A program made the position numbers and the translations under genes. A stretch of DNA of 62,988 bases, counting the filler, from Olpidium bornovanus S191 (lineage: Eukaryota; Fungi; Olpidiomycota), in NCBI GenBank assembly GCA_017911155.1. It is 34 parts of 34 records of this genome, joined end to end, with 100 filler letters (N's around TTAATTAATTAA, not from the genome) between each part and the next. Parts side by side here need not be neighbours in the genome. Positions count along the whole stretch, not along the records: positions 1 to 5,332 come from JAEFCI010002640.1; positions 5,433 to 7,573 come from JAEFCI010011618.1; positions 7,674 to 9,631 come from JAEFCI010005587.1; positions 9,732 to 10,896 come from JAEFCI010003707.1; positions 10,997 to 12,242 come from JAEFCI010011425.1; 29 more parts are not named here. One strand, 5' to 3'. A model generated the notes under the pieces. That model did no database searches. It was not told the origin of the DNA and saw only the letters and a program-made list of their open reading frames with translations. Positions 1 to 11,786 of this stretch are shown piece by piece. Position 1 is the stretch's first letter, and each line of letters opens with the position of its first letter.

Positions 1-1175
1 CTTCCCGTACCAAACGTATTTCTCCCCTTTTTTCCTCGCCCTTTTTTTTTTTTTCTTAGCTGTTTGAGCTCTTCACGCAAATTCCTGACACTTTGCGCCG
101 CACGCCTCTTTTCCCTTCGCTTTCATTGCGCTAATCTCCCCGTTCGTTCCCCTCCCCCACCCCACTCTCCAACCCCACCGTCCCTACATCACTTTTTCTA
201 TCTATTCACTAAATATTTCCCACGCCGTACAAATCTTCCTCATTCCCTCATTCTATATAAGTAAGGTTTATATAAACGTAAATACGTAAATAGGAACGCA
301 AGGTAATTTAGGTTCGCATTTTTCCTTCCCGCCTTTCTATGGCGCACCTATCGAATGAAGTAAATAATGACAAGCAGGGGGGACGGTTCCTCCTCTTCTT
401 TCCTCGAAAAATACAGCCCGGTCCCGAGGGTAAAAGGTCCCCGAACGATGCGCGACCGGGCTTTTCTTTGCGACCGTTTAATAATGGTTCAATAGCGTCT
501 CGCGTGAGAGCGCAGGGTGAAAAAAAAATCGTCGTTTCCGCCGCCCCGCTTTCCCGCGACATGAGAGTGCCGTGGCGGAGAAGCCGGATCGCCGTGACCT
601 TAAAGCGGACAAGAGGGAGACTCGGTAAAAATTTCGAATTTTGCCGCCGGCTTTTCGTTCGATTTGGTCATCACAAATTCCATCTGGTCATCCATCTAGC
701 CGGCGCAATTGTCGTCCACGTAAACCGCCATTGCGACGCGAGCGCCGGTCAACCGTCCGGGTCCTGGTTCGTTGCAGCGTACACGCCCGGCTCGGCCGGC
801 CATCTGTTGAGTCCCACGCTCGTCAGCTCCCGATGAAACTGTTGGTTCCGCGGTCTTTCCGCTGCGCTTCAACCACGGAGGGGGCGCGCTCGAGTCGGCA
901 GGCCGTGCTGTCGGGGCCGGCTTCGGACCCCTCGAATTGTTCCACGATCGGCTTCGATGTGGAGTTCTCCATTAAGACATCCCTTCGACGGCTGCTGGGG
1001 CTCCAGTAGTAGGAAACCCAGGTCCTGCGTCTGCACGGCGGCACGAATCATCCGCGAGGGTGTCGCGAGCTACACCCCGCCCCACACGAATTCCCGCTCG
1101 CAGTCACACGTGTCTCGTCATCCGCGCCGGCTTCGTCATCGCTCCTTCCTCCCGCAGTAGCGGATTCGCAGGTCC

Positions 1176-4100
1176 ATGGGGTGCCGGGTTGGGAGGTGTC
1201 CCTGCGGGAAGGGGGGACGCGCGGCTCCGGCGGGTGGCGGGGGTGAGGGGGTGAGGAGGGACGAGGGGTACGCGGCCGGAGGCGCCCAGGACAACACACC
1301 GAATCCCCTGCGGAGCCCGGACGCCCAGAAGACACTCCGGAAGAACCAACCCGGTCTCTGCCCGGAAGAGCGGCGGCGTATCAGCGGAGCACTTCTGGCC
1401 GCGCGGGGGTGTGCGCGCGCGGGGGGCCTTTGGTTGTCCTGTGCAGGCGTGCCAAGGAAAAATCGAACTGCCAGGGCGGCGTACGATGGCGGCCAGGGCG
1501 ACCGCGCCGTCGGACCCGGAGATCGGAAAGTCGACCGTCGAAGGGACATGCCTCCCGCTGACCGCTGCAAATCTCAGGGCGCACAGCCGGCGGCTCGAGG
1601 GCGCCACCACACCGGTTCAGGACCTGGCGGGGAGGGTTGCCTCGTTTGCCAGGAGCCAGGCGGAGAATTTAAAGCGTCGAGCGTCGGCTGCCTTTCCCCC
1701 GCACGACGGGGGCGAGAATTGCGGACAAGATTTTGGCGCATTCGATCGTGAAGATCGACTTCGCACCGCGGAAAGCGCTGCCGTGTCGGCCGATCACGAC
1801 GATGCTCCGCTCCAGGTACGGCGCGGAAGGAGGAAAAGGCAGGTCGCGCTTCGCGGAGACGAGGGAAGCGTTTCAGTCCAACAGGCCGGCAGGAATACTA
1901 AAGAAACGCGCGGAGTTGAAAACGCCGTCGACGAACAACGTCGAATCCAAAAGAAGCCGCGCGTCGTAGAATCTTTACGGCCCAAAGAGCGCACGTGAGT
2001 ACTTTGGGTACATAATATAACCTGCGACGTTTTGCGGGGAAAAAGATATGACACGGTATTTAAATGCATGCTGCCGTTCCGTTCTTCGTCCCTGCAGCAA
2101 AGTGGACGGCCCAGAGGCGAGACGGAAACTCCAATTGAATGCAAGGGAACGTCCGCGGGGATGCTCGCGGAAAACGAAACAAGGTAAGACAGCCTGCAGT
2201 TCTTGTTATAAAGCAGATTCTCTACGGTGGTATGTTCCTGACGTGCGCCAATGTAATCGACACACTTCCTTAAGATTCGGCTAATAGTGCACTAAATGCG
2301 CATCAATCTGCGCCTCCGGCACTTACGGCAGCCGTTGAAGAGCGGGACGTGGTGCAAAACAATCAGCGGGAATTGCCAAAAACGAAGTCTACTAGGATGA
2401 ACTCCAAATTAGCTCGGGTAAGCTAACTGCAACTACTTAATTTGCAATCATGTTCTCACGGCTAACGTCCCTGGAGTTCGCCAGAAATTCGATCCACCAA
2501 ACATCATCAAGTCACGTAGAATCACGGTATTGTAGTAATCGAACGTGGGAAGCTGTGTGCAGTCGCGCCAACCGCTAATGCCGCCGAAAAAATGTCCAGT
2601 TGAAACCTACGGTGATCGAGAAGAACAGCGGTATGTTTCAGCACGGAAAGGCTTCTCGAAAGGTCGTGTCAAAAGGCGGTGAGCAAACAGTAAAGAATCC
2701 TTTGGGGGGGCTGTTTGAATTTCATTTTTAAATGCGGCCATTTGTTTTACGTCCTTACGAACGCCGCACGCGCTTTTCTTATCTCGCGACGGTCGACAGT
2801 CCCGGACCTGACATTTTCCGAGGACGCATTCCTTAATCGGCGGAGTCCGTTGGTTGTCAAGAGTGCGAAAGTCCCGTCAGCCACGAAAGAAGATGTTGCA
2901 TGTGGCTCCTGTCGGACTTCAGATCGCACTCCCGCGTGTTCTTGGTCGTCTTCCCTGCTCCAAACCAAGCCGCGGAAGGACTCGGACGGGAGCTCTACGT
3001 CGTTGGCCCGTAGTCCCATCGTAGTCATAGACACACGAAAGCGCATTGCGAGTAGGCTAAGACCTGCCGCGGCCAAAACCGCGTCAACAACAGCCGCTGT
3101 CCACTCGACCGGGAAGATCTCCTCCTTTTTTCCGCCGCCGGAGCAACCCACGATAAGGTCTGCCTGCGGCGAGGGAAAAGGCTCGTCCTCCCCTGCCGAA
3201 TCTGGCGTCTCTGGCGACCATGCGCCAACGCCCATCCGGAGAGCCACAATGGACTGTCAAATGCGCCAGGATGGAAATCGGCGTAGGCCACGCCATGGAG
3301 ATCACCAACTTGGCCGTATATCCGACAAATTGTCTGCAGTTGAGTCTTGACATCAAGGCAACGTTTTTGATCCAGAAACCTCGATTCCCGGCTAACCTCG
3401 ATTATGCCCTGCGAAAGGCTGGAGAAGTAGACTCGGAAGATCCGAAGGACCCTCAGCTCGGAGCTACATACAACGGAAAGCCACCGGGCGACGATGCCGT
3501 TGACCGGATGGGGCCTGCTTCGGGTAATCCGGTGGAATGGGAGCTTTGGTCTCCGAGGGGCTCAAACACGGTTGACAGCGATGAGTCGATCCCGCAGCCG
3601 GACGTGGAGCACGACCATCTTCTCCGCGACTTGGAGGATTACCTGCATCTAAGAAACGCGCCAGATTCACGTCGTGCCCGAGGAAAATCTGGGCCGCAGG
3701 ACGCGACCCGCGCGCTACCGCCGCAGCTCGCGGTGGGTCCCAGGCTGCCTTTCGCGTCCTTTTTAAGCGAAAGGGCGCGAAAAGCGAACGACGGCTTTCC
3801 CAACCCGTCTTTCGCAGGCGGAGCGTCGGAAAACTTTACACAGGAGATTGGATCGTTCGGCGACGCGTACCACGATTTTGAGGAACCGGCGGGGCTCGCG
3901 CGGCGGGATTCGGAGGTCGAGGACCATCGGCCGTGGAACGAGAATTCAGGCGGATTACTGCGCGACCGCGGCGAGAACGTCTACGGCGGACAGGCTTTTA
4001 CCGGCGAGCCGGTCGCGGCCCCTGGCCCGGAAAAGCCGGCGACAGGCTGGGCGTCTATTCCCTGCGCTCCCGTTTTCGGCGCGGCGGTTATGGATTCTCG

Positions 4101-4509
4101 GCGGCCTGAGACCGCCGCGATGGTGACGGGGGTCGGCGCCGACGATCACGTGCTGATCTCGAGGCAGGCTCGCGCGGTACGGTTCGCTGAAGGTCATCTC
4201 GGCTGGCCGGTCGAAACGGAATACGCGATGTCCTGCGGCGCTGGAGACCAGTTCACCAGTGGCCTTGACGAGGCCTTTTGTCCAACGCGCTACGCGACGG
4301 CGGGCAGCTGGGACAACGCAAACCCTGCAGGTTCGTTCCCAGAAGCGGAGCAGGCTCCATCTTCACCCCGCAGACGCCCGTTCGCGATGGAAACGAGGCC
4401 AAGAACGGGCCTACCAACGCGGCTCCCAAATTATGTTTTGGAGGGAGACAACACAGAGCATTCTACGGAGCAGTCCCGGTTCACTTGGAGACCTCGAAGA
4501 CTTTACTAA
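1176..4509 (+). CDS. Probable multi-exon hypothetical gene, largely low-complexity/disordered
   Basis: Chain of + strand ORFs (1411-1998, 2715-3350, 3220-4509) with GT-AG-like boundaries (gcac|gtgagt ~1994, ctgcag| ~2097, aag|gtaaga ~2183). No recognisable domain, and I could not reconcile all exon phases. Confidence 0.35.
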
Positions 4510-5332
4510 AGGGCGTTTGCAAAAATCACCGGTTAGATAACCTGCATCCACGTTTGCTCACACTTCGACTTAACAATACCCCGGTCCTAGCGTCGGGGCA
4601 AATTCCAAGCTGACCCAAACGCCTACCGAACTGCTGAAGCTTTCGCTGGCCTCACCGACAAGTTCGACGTCGGCGCCGAACCAGCTCGTACTCGTAGGAT
4701 CAATCGCTCTGGCCGGTCTGGCCGTTGTTTCGGCGCTTGGCCCTCGCCAAGACTGTCCGGCTGCGGAAGCGGCGGAAACGAGATTAGCCTTTCGCCAAGT
4801 GGATTTTGGCCGCCGCGGTGGAACTTACGACCGCAAGTCGCGTTTTGGAAGTGAGAAAGGCGACAATGGCGGGGCCCTCCGCGTTACCTCGGGACTGGCA
4901 AAGCCACGCCCCAGGTCTCACTACGGCTCGATTACAAAACCAGCCTCGCACCTTAGGACCGTGGCCCCGCCTGACACGCCGGAGACAGGAAAGCTCAGCC
5001 CACTCTACCCTCGGCCAGCAGCACGGAAGAGTACGGCAAACCTCAGGAAATAACGGCAGGCGCCGTGCCGGTTGTGCCCATTATTACCTTCAGGCTTCGC
5101 CGCCGGCTCTCGGCTTGGGGTCACATTGGTTTCCTTGCAGGTCGTCCGCGCCAGGAAGTGTAACGCGAAGCAAATGGCTTTCGGGATGACCATTTGCAGC
5201 CAGAAGGTCTCCCAATCGCGAGTCTGATGCCAAACCAAAGCAGGTCGGTTCCGATTAACCGTGCAGCCGGCAGGAACAGGTCGAGCAGGGTTCCAGGCGT
5301 CCGGGCCCACGCATAATAATAATCTACATGTC

Positions 5333-5432
5333 NNNNNNNNNNNNNNNNNNNNNNNNNNNNNNNNNNNNNNNNNNNNTTAATTAATTAANNNNNNNNNNNN
5401 NNNNNNNNNNNNNNNNNNNNNNNNNNNNNNNN
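5333..5432. other. Artificial 100-nt contig-joining linker (N44-TTAATTAATTAA-N44); first of 33 copies
   Basis: Identical linker starts at 5333, 7574, 9632, 10897, 12243, 13594, 15427, 17439, 20187, 21994, 23133, 24315, 26386, 27546, 28651, 30821, 32883, 34086, 35929, 37403, 39636, 41164, 42985, 45007, 46746, 48448, 50357, 51855, 54642, 55819, 57504, 59995 and 61572. The 12-mer is palindromic and gives stop codons in all six frames. Genes break off abruptly at linkers. Confidence 0.99.
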
Positions 5433-7573
5433 ACGTCCATACGCAAATGCGCGTTGCCCTTGTACGTGGATCGGTCAATCGCGGGTGACCAGTCTTCAGA
5501 GAGGCCACTGGCAGTAACGACTTTGACGGACAAGAATATCGCCTGCTTACATGTGCTGCTCAACGTGGCTAACTTTCTCGGGAACGTCCTTCACGAGGGC
5601 TGGTACCTTGTCCTAGAAACTCTTCAGCAGGCAGACTATCTGATTTTTAGCGGCAACCCTGTGAAAGCTTCTCGGTTGTCGCCGAAGAAATTGGGGCCCG
5701 GCGGTATCTCAATCACAACTACCGGCATCCCTGGCGGCACGGGGACCCCTGGATCTGGCTCGCATCGGGCATCCGTTGGTTCCAATTCTGGATTCACCGT
5801 CGGCGAAGCTGCCACGCAGTCCCTACAGTTTCAGTTTAAGAAACTCTTCGAACTGGCGGCAACGACTTTGGAGGACCCGGCGTTACAGTCGTTCACTCGC
5901 TCCATGTGCCGCCTCTCCGCCGACCTGACCGGTGTTCCGTTCGATGCCGAGCCCAGAACAAGCCCTGCTGGCGGTGTGAAGGGGCTTGCGCCTCGCCCTG
6001 GTGTGGTGGGTAGATAAGCGGGGATGTCTGATCGTCTCCAGTTTTCATGGCGACGCTTTTTACTGACTCCGCGAGCGCGCAGCGAACAGGCGAAAAGTCG
6101 TTTGCGGTCGAGAAACTACGGGAGGTCGCGCTGACAAACATTTCACGGTTTGCAAACAAAGACAACCCGGTCGTTTGGGAGATAGTGATACCCCACTTGG
6201 TTGACACGGCAAACTACGTGGGTGCGCCTCAGGCGATCCGAGTGCAGGCGTGCTCCGGCGCCCTGGACATCGTGAGCGCGTCAATCGCCCACGCGGAGGA
6301 ACATGGGACTTTTTCTGTCGAGGCTGTCCAGATGCGACTGCTAAAGCCGCTCAGTAGCCTGATTTCCGGACGGGGCCGCCATTGCGGAGCGGAGCACAGG
6401 GATACGAAGTTCAGCTCGAACTCGGACGTCCAGAAACTGGCCTTGGAGACGCTGGAGAAAATCCTTCAAACATCCGGGCACTCGCTCTCGTTCGGTTGGA
6501 GCATAATATTTGTCATTATCAAAGGTGTCTGCGCCAAACCGGCCAATGAAACCGACGGCACCGACGCGAACGCAGCAGAAAGTTCAGAACAGGCCGCTTT
6601 CGGCGGCGAGGCGGTGGCGCCAACGGCCGTCGAGTTGAAAATCGAAGAGATGGTTACCGCCTCGCCGGGCACAACGGCCACATCGCCGCAGCAGTTGCAG
6701 GCTCGCTCGGCGTCATCTTTGATACGCGTGGCGTTTTCCTGTCTGCAGCTTATCTGCACGGACTACCTCGCTCTCCTGTCACCGGAGTGTTTACGTCAGT
6801 GCATTGGCACACTCGGGACTTTCGGCTTGGTACCCGAGGATATCAACATCAGCCTAACGGCCGTCGGGCTGCTCTGGAACGTGTCTGATTATATTCAGAC
6901 CAAAAGGCAGGAGTTTCGGACGTCCGGTTTGCCGGAGGACAGTGTCGATGCCTCAGAACCGAAAGAAGAAGACTTCAGTTCTGGAAAGAGCCTGCAACTT
7001 TTGCTGGGAAATCAACTTGACACCAGAACTTCGAATATTTTGTGGCTGCTTCTTTTACTGCAGCTGTCCGCTCTGTGCTCGGATCTTCGACCAGAAGTCC
7101 GAAATGGCGCAAACCAGACGCTGTTCCGGACGATACGGATCAACGGGCCACACATGACGCCTGGGATATGGGAGATAACGCTCTGGAAAGTACTTTTCCC
7201 GTTGCTTGAAAGCGTGAAAGCTGCTTCGTCGAAGGCGCTGAAACAGCCGGCCCAACCGCCGAAAAAGTCTTCGATCTCGGTCGGCATGATGGTCCATCAT
7301 TCCCGGGACAGCGCGCACAAGCAGTGGGATGAGACCAAAGTTCTCGTGCTATCCGGTGTTGTGGGCACCTTCCGAGAGTCGCTGGCGAATTTGACGGATC
7401 TTCCTAATTTCGACAAGGCGTGGCGGCTCCTGCTGGCCTGCATACGGGATTACATGATCAACGCGAGCCCCGAGGTCGCCATTGCGTCCGTGAAGGGGAT
7501 GAAATCCCTGATGAGTCTTCCGCAGGACGACCCGAAGGCGCTTCGGCAGATGGAGCAGAAAATTTCGAAGATG
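5433..7573 (+). CDS. MON2: Mon2 (Sec7-family Golgi/endosome scaffold), internal fragment, one intron near 6000-6040
   Basis: Motifs FLGNVLHEGWYLVLETLQ, SFAVEKLREVALTNISR, LIRVAFSCLQLICTDYL, EDINISLTAVGLLWNVSD, DLRPEVRNGANQTLFRT and KQWDETKVLVLSG are typical of Mon2. Confidence 0.93.
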
Positions 7574-7899
7574 NNNNNNNNNNNNNNNNNNNNNNNNNNN
7601 NNNNNNNNNNNNNNNNNTTAATTAATTAANNNNNNNNNNNNNNNNNNNNNNNNNNNNNNNNNNNNNNNNNNNNCATGCAGTGGTCCGGATTCGCAGGAAA
7701 TCGGAGCAAGGGGTGTTTCGCGCCACGGGCCGAGTCGCGCCCTTGCTTAATCCGACTATACGACGGTGTACCTGTGAAGGCAGGCCGACCACAGGCACAT
7801 TTAGGCGATCGTGCGATCAAATCCCCACCTCCGGTACCATTCAAAATCCCGGGTGAGGGGCGGTGATAGTATTACTGCGTTAGGACATTGTCCTCGACG

Positions 7900-8870
7900 G
7901 TCCTTCCTTCCGGTGAGAAAGTCGGGTCCGAAGCAATCCAAGATGTTAACCACGAAGGGGCCACTGGCATAGCGGGCGCGGCATCTGAAAGGCCAGATGG
8001 AGTGTACGCCAATTTTCAGTAATTTTTTCCAGAGCTTGCACGCCAGGTGGCATAGAGCTCTTTGCAGGTCTTTTACTCACTTGCCGGTAAGGGCTGCCGC
8101 CCGGGGCCTGCTTTCAGGGAGTCCCAGGTTAGGGCGACCGACTTCCTGGTGAGATGGAACCAAAGGGTCGAAATTTCTCTCCAGATCTCGGCCGCGGTCG
8201 AGCATTCAAAAAAGAGATGGCGGGGATCTTCCGTGCCAAAACCGCATATACACGGGAGGAATAAACCGTCCTGGACACGTGGGATTAGGCGTTGGATCAG
8301 GAAAATCCACTTTTGTCTGTTGACAGCGGACATCTAAGCGGGGGCGCCACAGCCACTCGAATGTACGCGCAATTGGGACGGTTTCTTTTTTTGTCAGAGC
8401 CTCGATGGGGGGTAACAGAGACCCTGCGGTCTCTCTTCAGCAATCAGGCGTGAGCCCATCGAACAGTCATCGACTGTGCGGGGGTCGTTCCGATGCTTAG
8501 TGCCGTTGCCCACGAGGAAACTGACCCATCCGGGCCGGGCCTCGGGTACAATGCACGAACTGCCGAAGGGCACTTATCTTGTAAGACCGTGAGGTATTGG
8601 CATAGGCCCCTGGCAAGGCGAGTACGTTTGTTATCTTGGGCGATCTGTCTGCACCCCGCACCGGCGGCCCGTACGGCGGCGGGAAGGCCGCCCAAGGTGT
8701 GCACTCCGAGGAGTGATAGGACGCGTGGCCCGTACGCGTTCCAGCGGCCTCGAGGGGCGGGGGGAACGGCCAGGTTGCCCCAAAGAGGGATTTGGTCTAC
8801 TAGGCACTGTGCAAGGGGCGGTCCCGCACGCTGATGGGGAACGTTTCCCGCACCAGGTGAATCCACTGGG
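7900..8870 (-). mobile_element. Degenerate non-LTR retrotransposon (L1/Tx1-like) ORF2 3' region with zf-RVT domain
   Basis: Minus strand, across frameshifts: FEWLWRPRL...KWIFLIQRLIPR, CICGFGTEDPRHLFFECSTAAEIW (zf-RVT C-x-C...E-HLFFEC...IW), then LWKKLLKIGVHSIWPFRCRARY (IW-x-x-R-C/N motif). Confidence 0.7.
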
Positions 8871-9903
8871 AAACGAGCGTCGGGACGTTGCGGAAGTCCG
8901 CGGGTTTGATGCCCGATTGGACCCAGATATTAGATACAGACGCATCCTCTTCTTCGTTCCTTTCATTTCTTTATTTATGTTTCGCCCAACGCTCAAATGT
9001 TTTTGGTGCGAGGGGGCCGGGAGGAGGTGTTGCTGTCTAGTGTGGTGCAGAGCATTTGGCCCCTATACGGGAATAATGGAACATAATGCGTAAACCGCAG
9101 ATTACAAGGGGCCTAGACGGACAAAAAAAACGTTCCTGGCGGTGAAGCGAAAAGAACTGCTGCGTTGCAGTTGTAGGCCGCGTTTGTAAGCATTCTTAGT
9201 TGTTTCCGTTTGGTGGCTCTGTGGAAGCCCGTCTTCGGAATTCGAACGCACGGCGTCCACTGGACTATCGTCGGAGGTGTGCCGGTGCGAAGGGAGGGTG
9301 GTGCCGGGTGGTGCCGGGGGAGGTGAGGTGTGCAGGCCCGAACAGGGCGATCGGCGATCTGCAATCGACTGGTTCTGGCTCTGGATTTTAGATCTGGATC
9401 TAGATTTCTGGAAGTTCCGGGGATCTCGGCGTATTAAGTGCGTTTTAACTCATTATATGGTGCAGGTCGCCTAGACTCAACAATTGTTTCAATTTCGTTT
9501 CAAAAAAATTTTTTTTAGGCCAAAACTTCAACGTTTCGGAGGTTGACGGTCCCTTTTACAACGACAGAACGCTCCCCAAACGCCCACTTTTACACACACA
9601 CACACACACCTGTTCCTGCCGTCTTCCATGANNNNNNNNNNNNNNNNNNNNNNNNNNNNNNNNNNNNNNNNNNNNTTAATTAATTAANNNNNNNNNNNNN
9701 NNNNNNNNNNNNNNNNNNNNNNNNNNNNNNNCCCGGGACACTCGAACACAGGCCGTCCACTGGACTAACTCAGTTTGCGAGTGGAGCCACTGGGAAGGAC
9801 TGGTCGGCAGTGATCAGTGTGTGCAAAGACTTCACTAGCCGACCACACGCTGACTCTCGGCAACGGGCTGTCTGGAAACAGCTGCGGCCGCCGTTAGGCT
9901 TTA

Positions 9904-10260
9904 GGAAAATGGGGAAAATCGCCATCGACTCGGAGGCTGAATAGCACGGGGCTGGTTACCCGCCTAACAGCTACTCGTTTCGAGGTGTATCCACATATGC
10001 AAGAGTAGTGTCTGCACTGCGAACAGGGTACGGCCAGGCTGCCCACCACTGTCAAACAGGGAAGACGTAGAGGGCCGACCCATTCGTGCCAGGTTTGCTT
10101 GGAAAAATGGGAAAACGCCGCCGACTCCGAGGCTGAATACGGCCAACAGATTCGGGGGGTAGCCACATATTCCAGGAGCAACGTCTGCACAGCGAACAGG
10201 CTACCGGCCATGCCGTCCACCACTGTCGAAATAGGGGAAGGAACATAAAGGACTTACCCG
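9904..10260. repeat. Diverged tandem duplication, two units of about 160-200 bp
   Basis: GGAAAATGGGGAAAATCGCCATCGACTCGGAGGCTGAATA...TGTCTGCACTGCGAACAGG...CCACCACTGTCAAACAGGGAAG is repeated as GGAAAAATGGGAAAACGCCGCCGACTCCGAGGCTGAATA...CGTCTGCACAGCGAACAGG...CCACCACTGTCGAAATAGGGGAAG. Confidence 0.8.
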
Positions 10261-10627
10261 GACATTCGCGGCGGAAGGAACACGCGTCATTCGTGGCGGA
10301 CTTGTCCAGAAGAACGCGCACCCACCAGCGGGGCATGTTTCGGGGAGGGGGGTTGGAGGGAACGTGAGGAAGGCGCGGGGCTGCGTAGGGTGGAGGGAAC
10401 GGGGAGGAAAGCGGCGGGGGAGGGCTTTTTTGTGGGGCGGGGGAGGGGACAGATGTGTCAGACAGTCCCTGGGCTCAAACGTCGGCGGTCCCGTCGTCCT
10501 TAACCTGAAGCGGACGCGGGACCGCAGGACTTCGGACGCAGGCTCTCTCTTTATTTGCTTTGCTTTGCTTTTACGGAAGGTGTACGGGAAGGTGGGAGGG
10601 GCGGAAGGCTTGCAACACGGGGGAAAT

Positions 10628-10684
10628 GCCATTCATCCGCCGTTCATCCGCCATTCATCCGCCGTTCATCCGCCATTCATCCGC
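10628..10684. repeat. 11-bp minisatellite (GCCRTTCATCC) x5 with strictly alternating A/G
   Basis: gccattcatcc gccgttcatcc gccattcatcc gccgttcatcc gccattcatcc. Confidence 0.95.
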
Positions 10685-10775
10685 ATCTCACCATTCATGC
10701 GCACCCCAGGCCATTTATGCACCCCCCCCCCCCGGCCATAAACGCCAACCACAAAAGACAAGACCAAAAAAAAAG

Positions 10776-10896
10776 ATGACGAACTGGGCTTCAGACGCCG
10801 TGAAGGACCTGCTAAAGCAGCCGGTGCCAGAAGGCGGAAGACTTGCGGCCGCCCAGAAAAAAGTCCAGAATTTCAACCTCCAAAAATATATGACGC
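10776..10896 (+). CDS. Possible 5' coding end of an unidentified gene, truncated at the linker
   Basis: ATG after an A-rich leader, open to the contig end: MTNWASDAVKDLLKQPVPEGGRLAAAQKKVQNFNLQKYMT. Confidence 0.3.
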
Positions 10897-10997
10897 NNNN
10901 NNNNNNNNNNNNNNNNNNNNNNNNNNNNNNNNNNNNNNNNTTAATTAATTAANNNNNNNNNNNNNNNNNNNNNNNNNNNNNNNNNNNNNNNNNNNNC

Positions 10998-11786
10998 ATG
11001 TTCTTAAACAGGAAGGACGCCACTATGCGGGAAATCGGCAACCTCATCAAGTCCAGCTCGGAAACGGCAGCGTCCGTGCCGTTTGTTAGGATGTCATTTC
11101 GACTGATTTTCCGGAACAAGACCAGCGGCAAGTTCACTGTGAAGGACCTGGGCGTCGTAGTCCCCGGGCGGAGCCCTAGTCGCGACGAAGAAAAGACTCT
11201 GAGTGACGTACGGTTTGAAATTGGGGACTACGTCGACGTGGCATTTTTCTCTGGCACCGAGCGCAGGCCAGAGATGCCCGGCCTCGGGTTCGGCGCGTCC
11301 GCCGGCGGGCCGCTGAGGGACGGTGGCAATACTGGACGCGATCCGTTCCCCGACCGCGGTGCCGGTGGACTTGGCCGGTTTCCCCCTCGCGGAGGTGACT
11401 CGTGGGACCGTGAAGCTAGGGGCGGAGGCGGAAATGCGAGGGACGAAGGATGGGGCGCCGGCCCGCGCGGCCTCGCCCGAGACGACGGTTGGGGCGGCAA
11501 CCAGCGCGGAGCCTGGCGGGATTCCGGGGACAGGAGCGGTGGATCGTGGAGGGATCGACCGAACGCCGCGGGTGCTTCCGGTAACTCCGGCCGGAACGGT
11601 GGCGGAGGAGGTGCCCCGTCTTCGATGGAGGGCTGGGGCGCTCCCCGGGACCGCAGAGACCGCGACGACTTTAGCCGCGGATTTGGAGGAGGCAACGGGG
11701 GCGGTGGAGGTGGACCTGACCGCCGTGGCTCGTTCACCCGCGAGACCAGGCGCTTCGAGCCCTACCGCGACAACCGGGGCCGCTGA
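10998..11786 (+). CDS. SAP18: SAP18 (Sin3-associated/ASAP complex subunit), 5'-partial, with long RG/RD-rich tail
   Basis: KDATMREIGNLIK...SFRLIF...VKDLGVV...KTLSDVRFEIGDYVDVA matches the SAP18 ubiquitin-like fold (DATLKEL...TL...F.IGDYLD.A). Confidence 0.9.
   Translation: MFLNRKDATMREIGNLIKSSSETAASVPFVRMSFRLIFRNKTSGKFTVKDLGVVVPGRSPSRDEEKTLSDVRFEIGDYVDVAFFSGTERRPEMPGLGFGASAGGPLRDGGNTGRDPFPDRGAGGLGRFPPRGGDSWDREARGGGGNARDEGWGAGPRGLARDDGWGGNQRGAWRDSGDRSGGSWRDRPNAAGASGNSGRNGGGGGAPSSMEGWGAPRDRRDRDDFSRGFGGGNGGGGGGPDRRGSFTRETRRFEPYRDNRGR

Noticed and set aside
5377-5388. TTAATTAATTAA repeated at regular-looking intervals (CRISPR-like or PacI-site array)
   Set aside because: Always centred in 44+44 N; it is a synthetic six-frame-stop linker.
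9242-9267. tRNA gene suggested by GTTCGA and a TAGTCCAGTGG A-box-like word
   Set aside because: Box spacing is only 9 nt and no cloverleaf can be formed; kept only as a repeat motif. No rRNA, tRNA or snRNA gene was recognised in the window.
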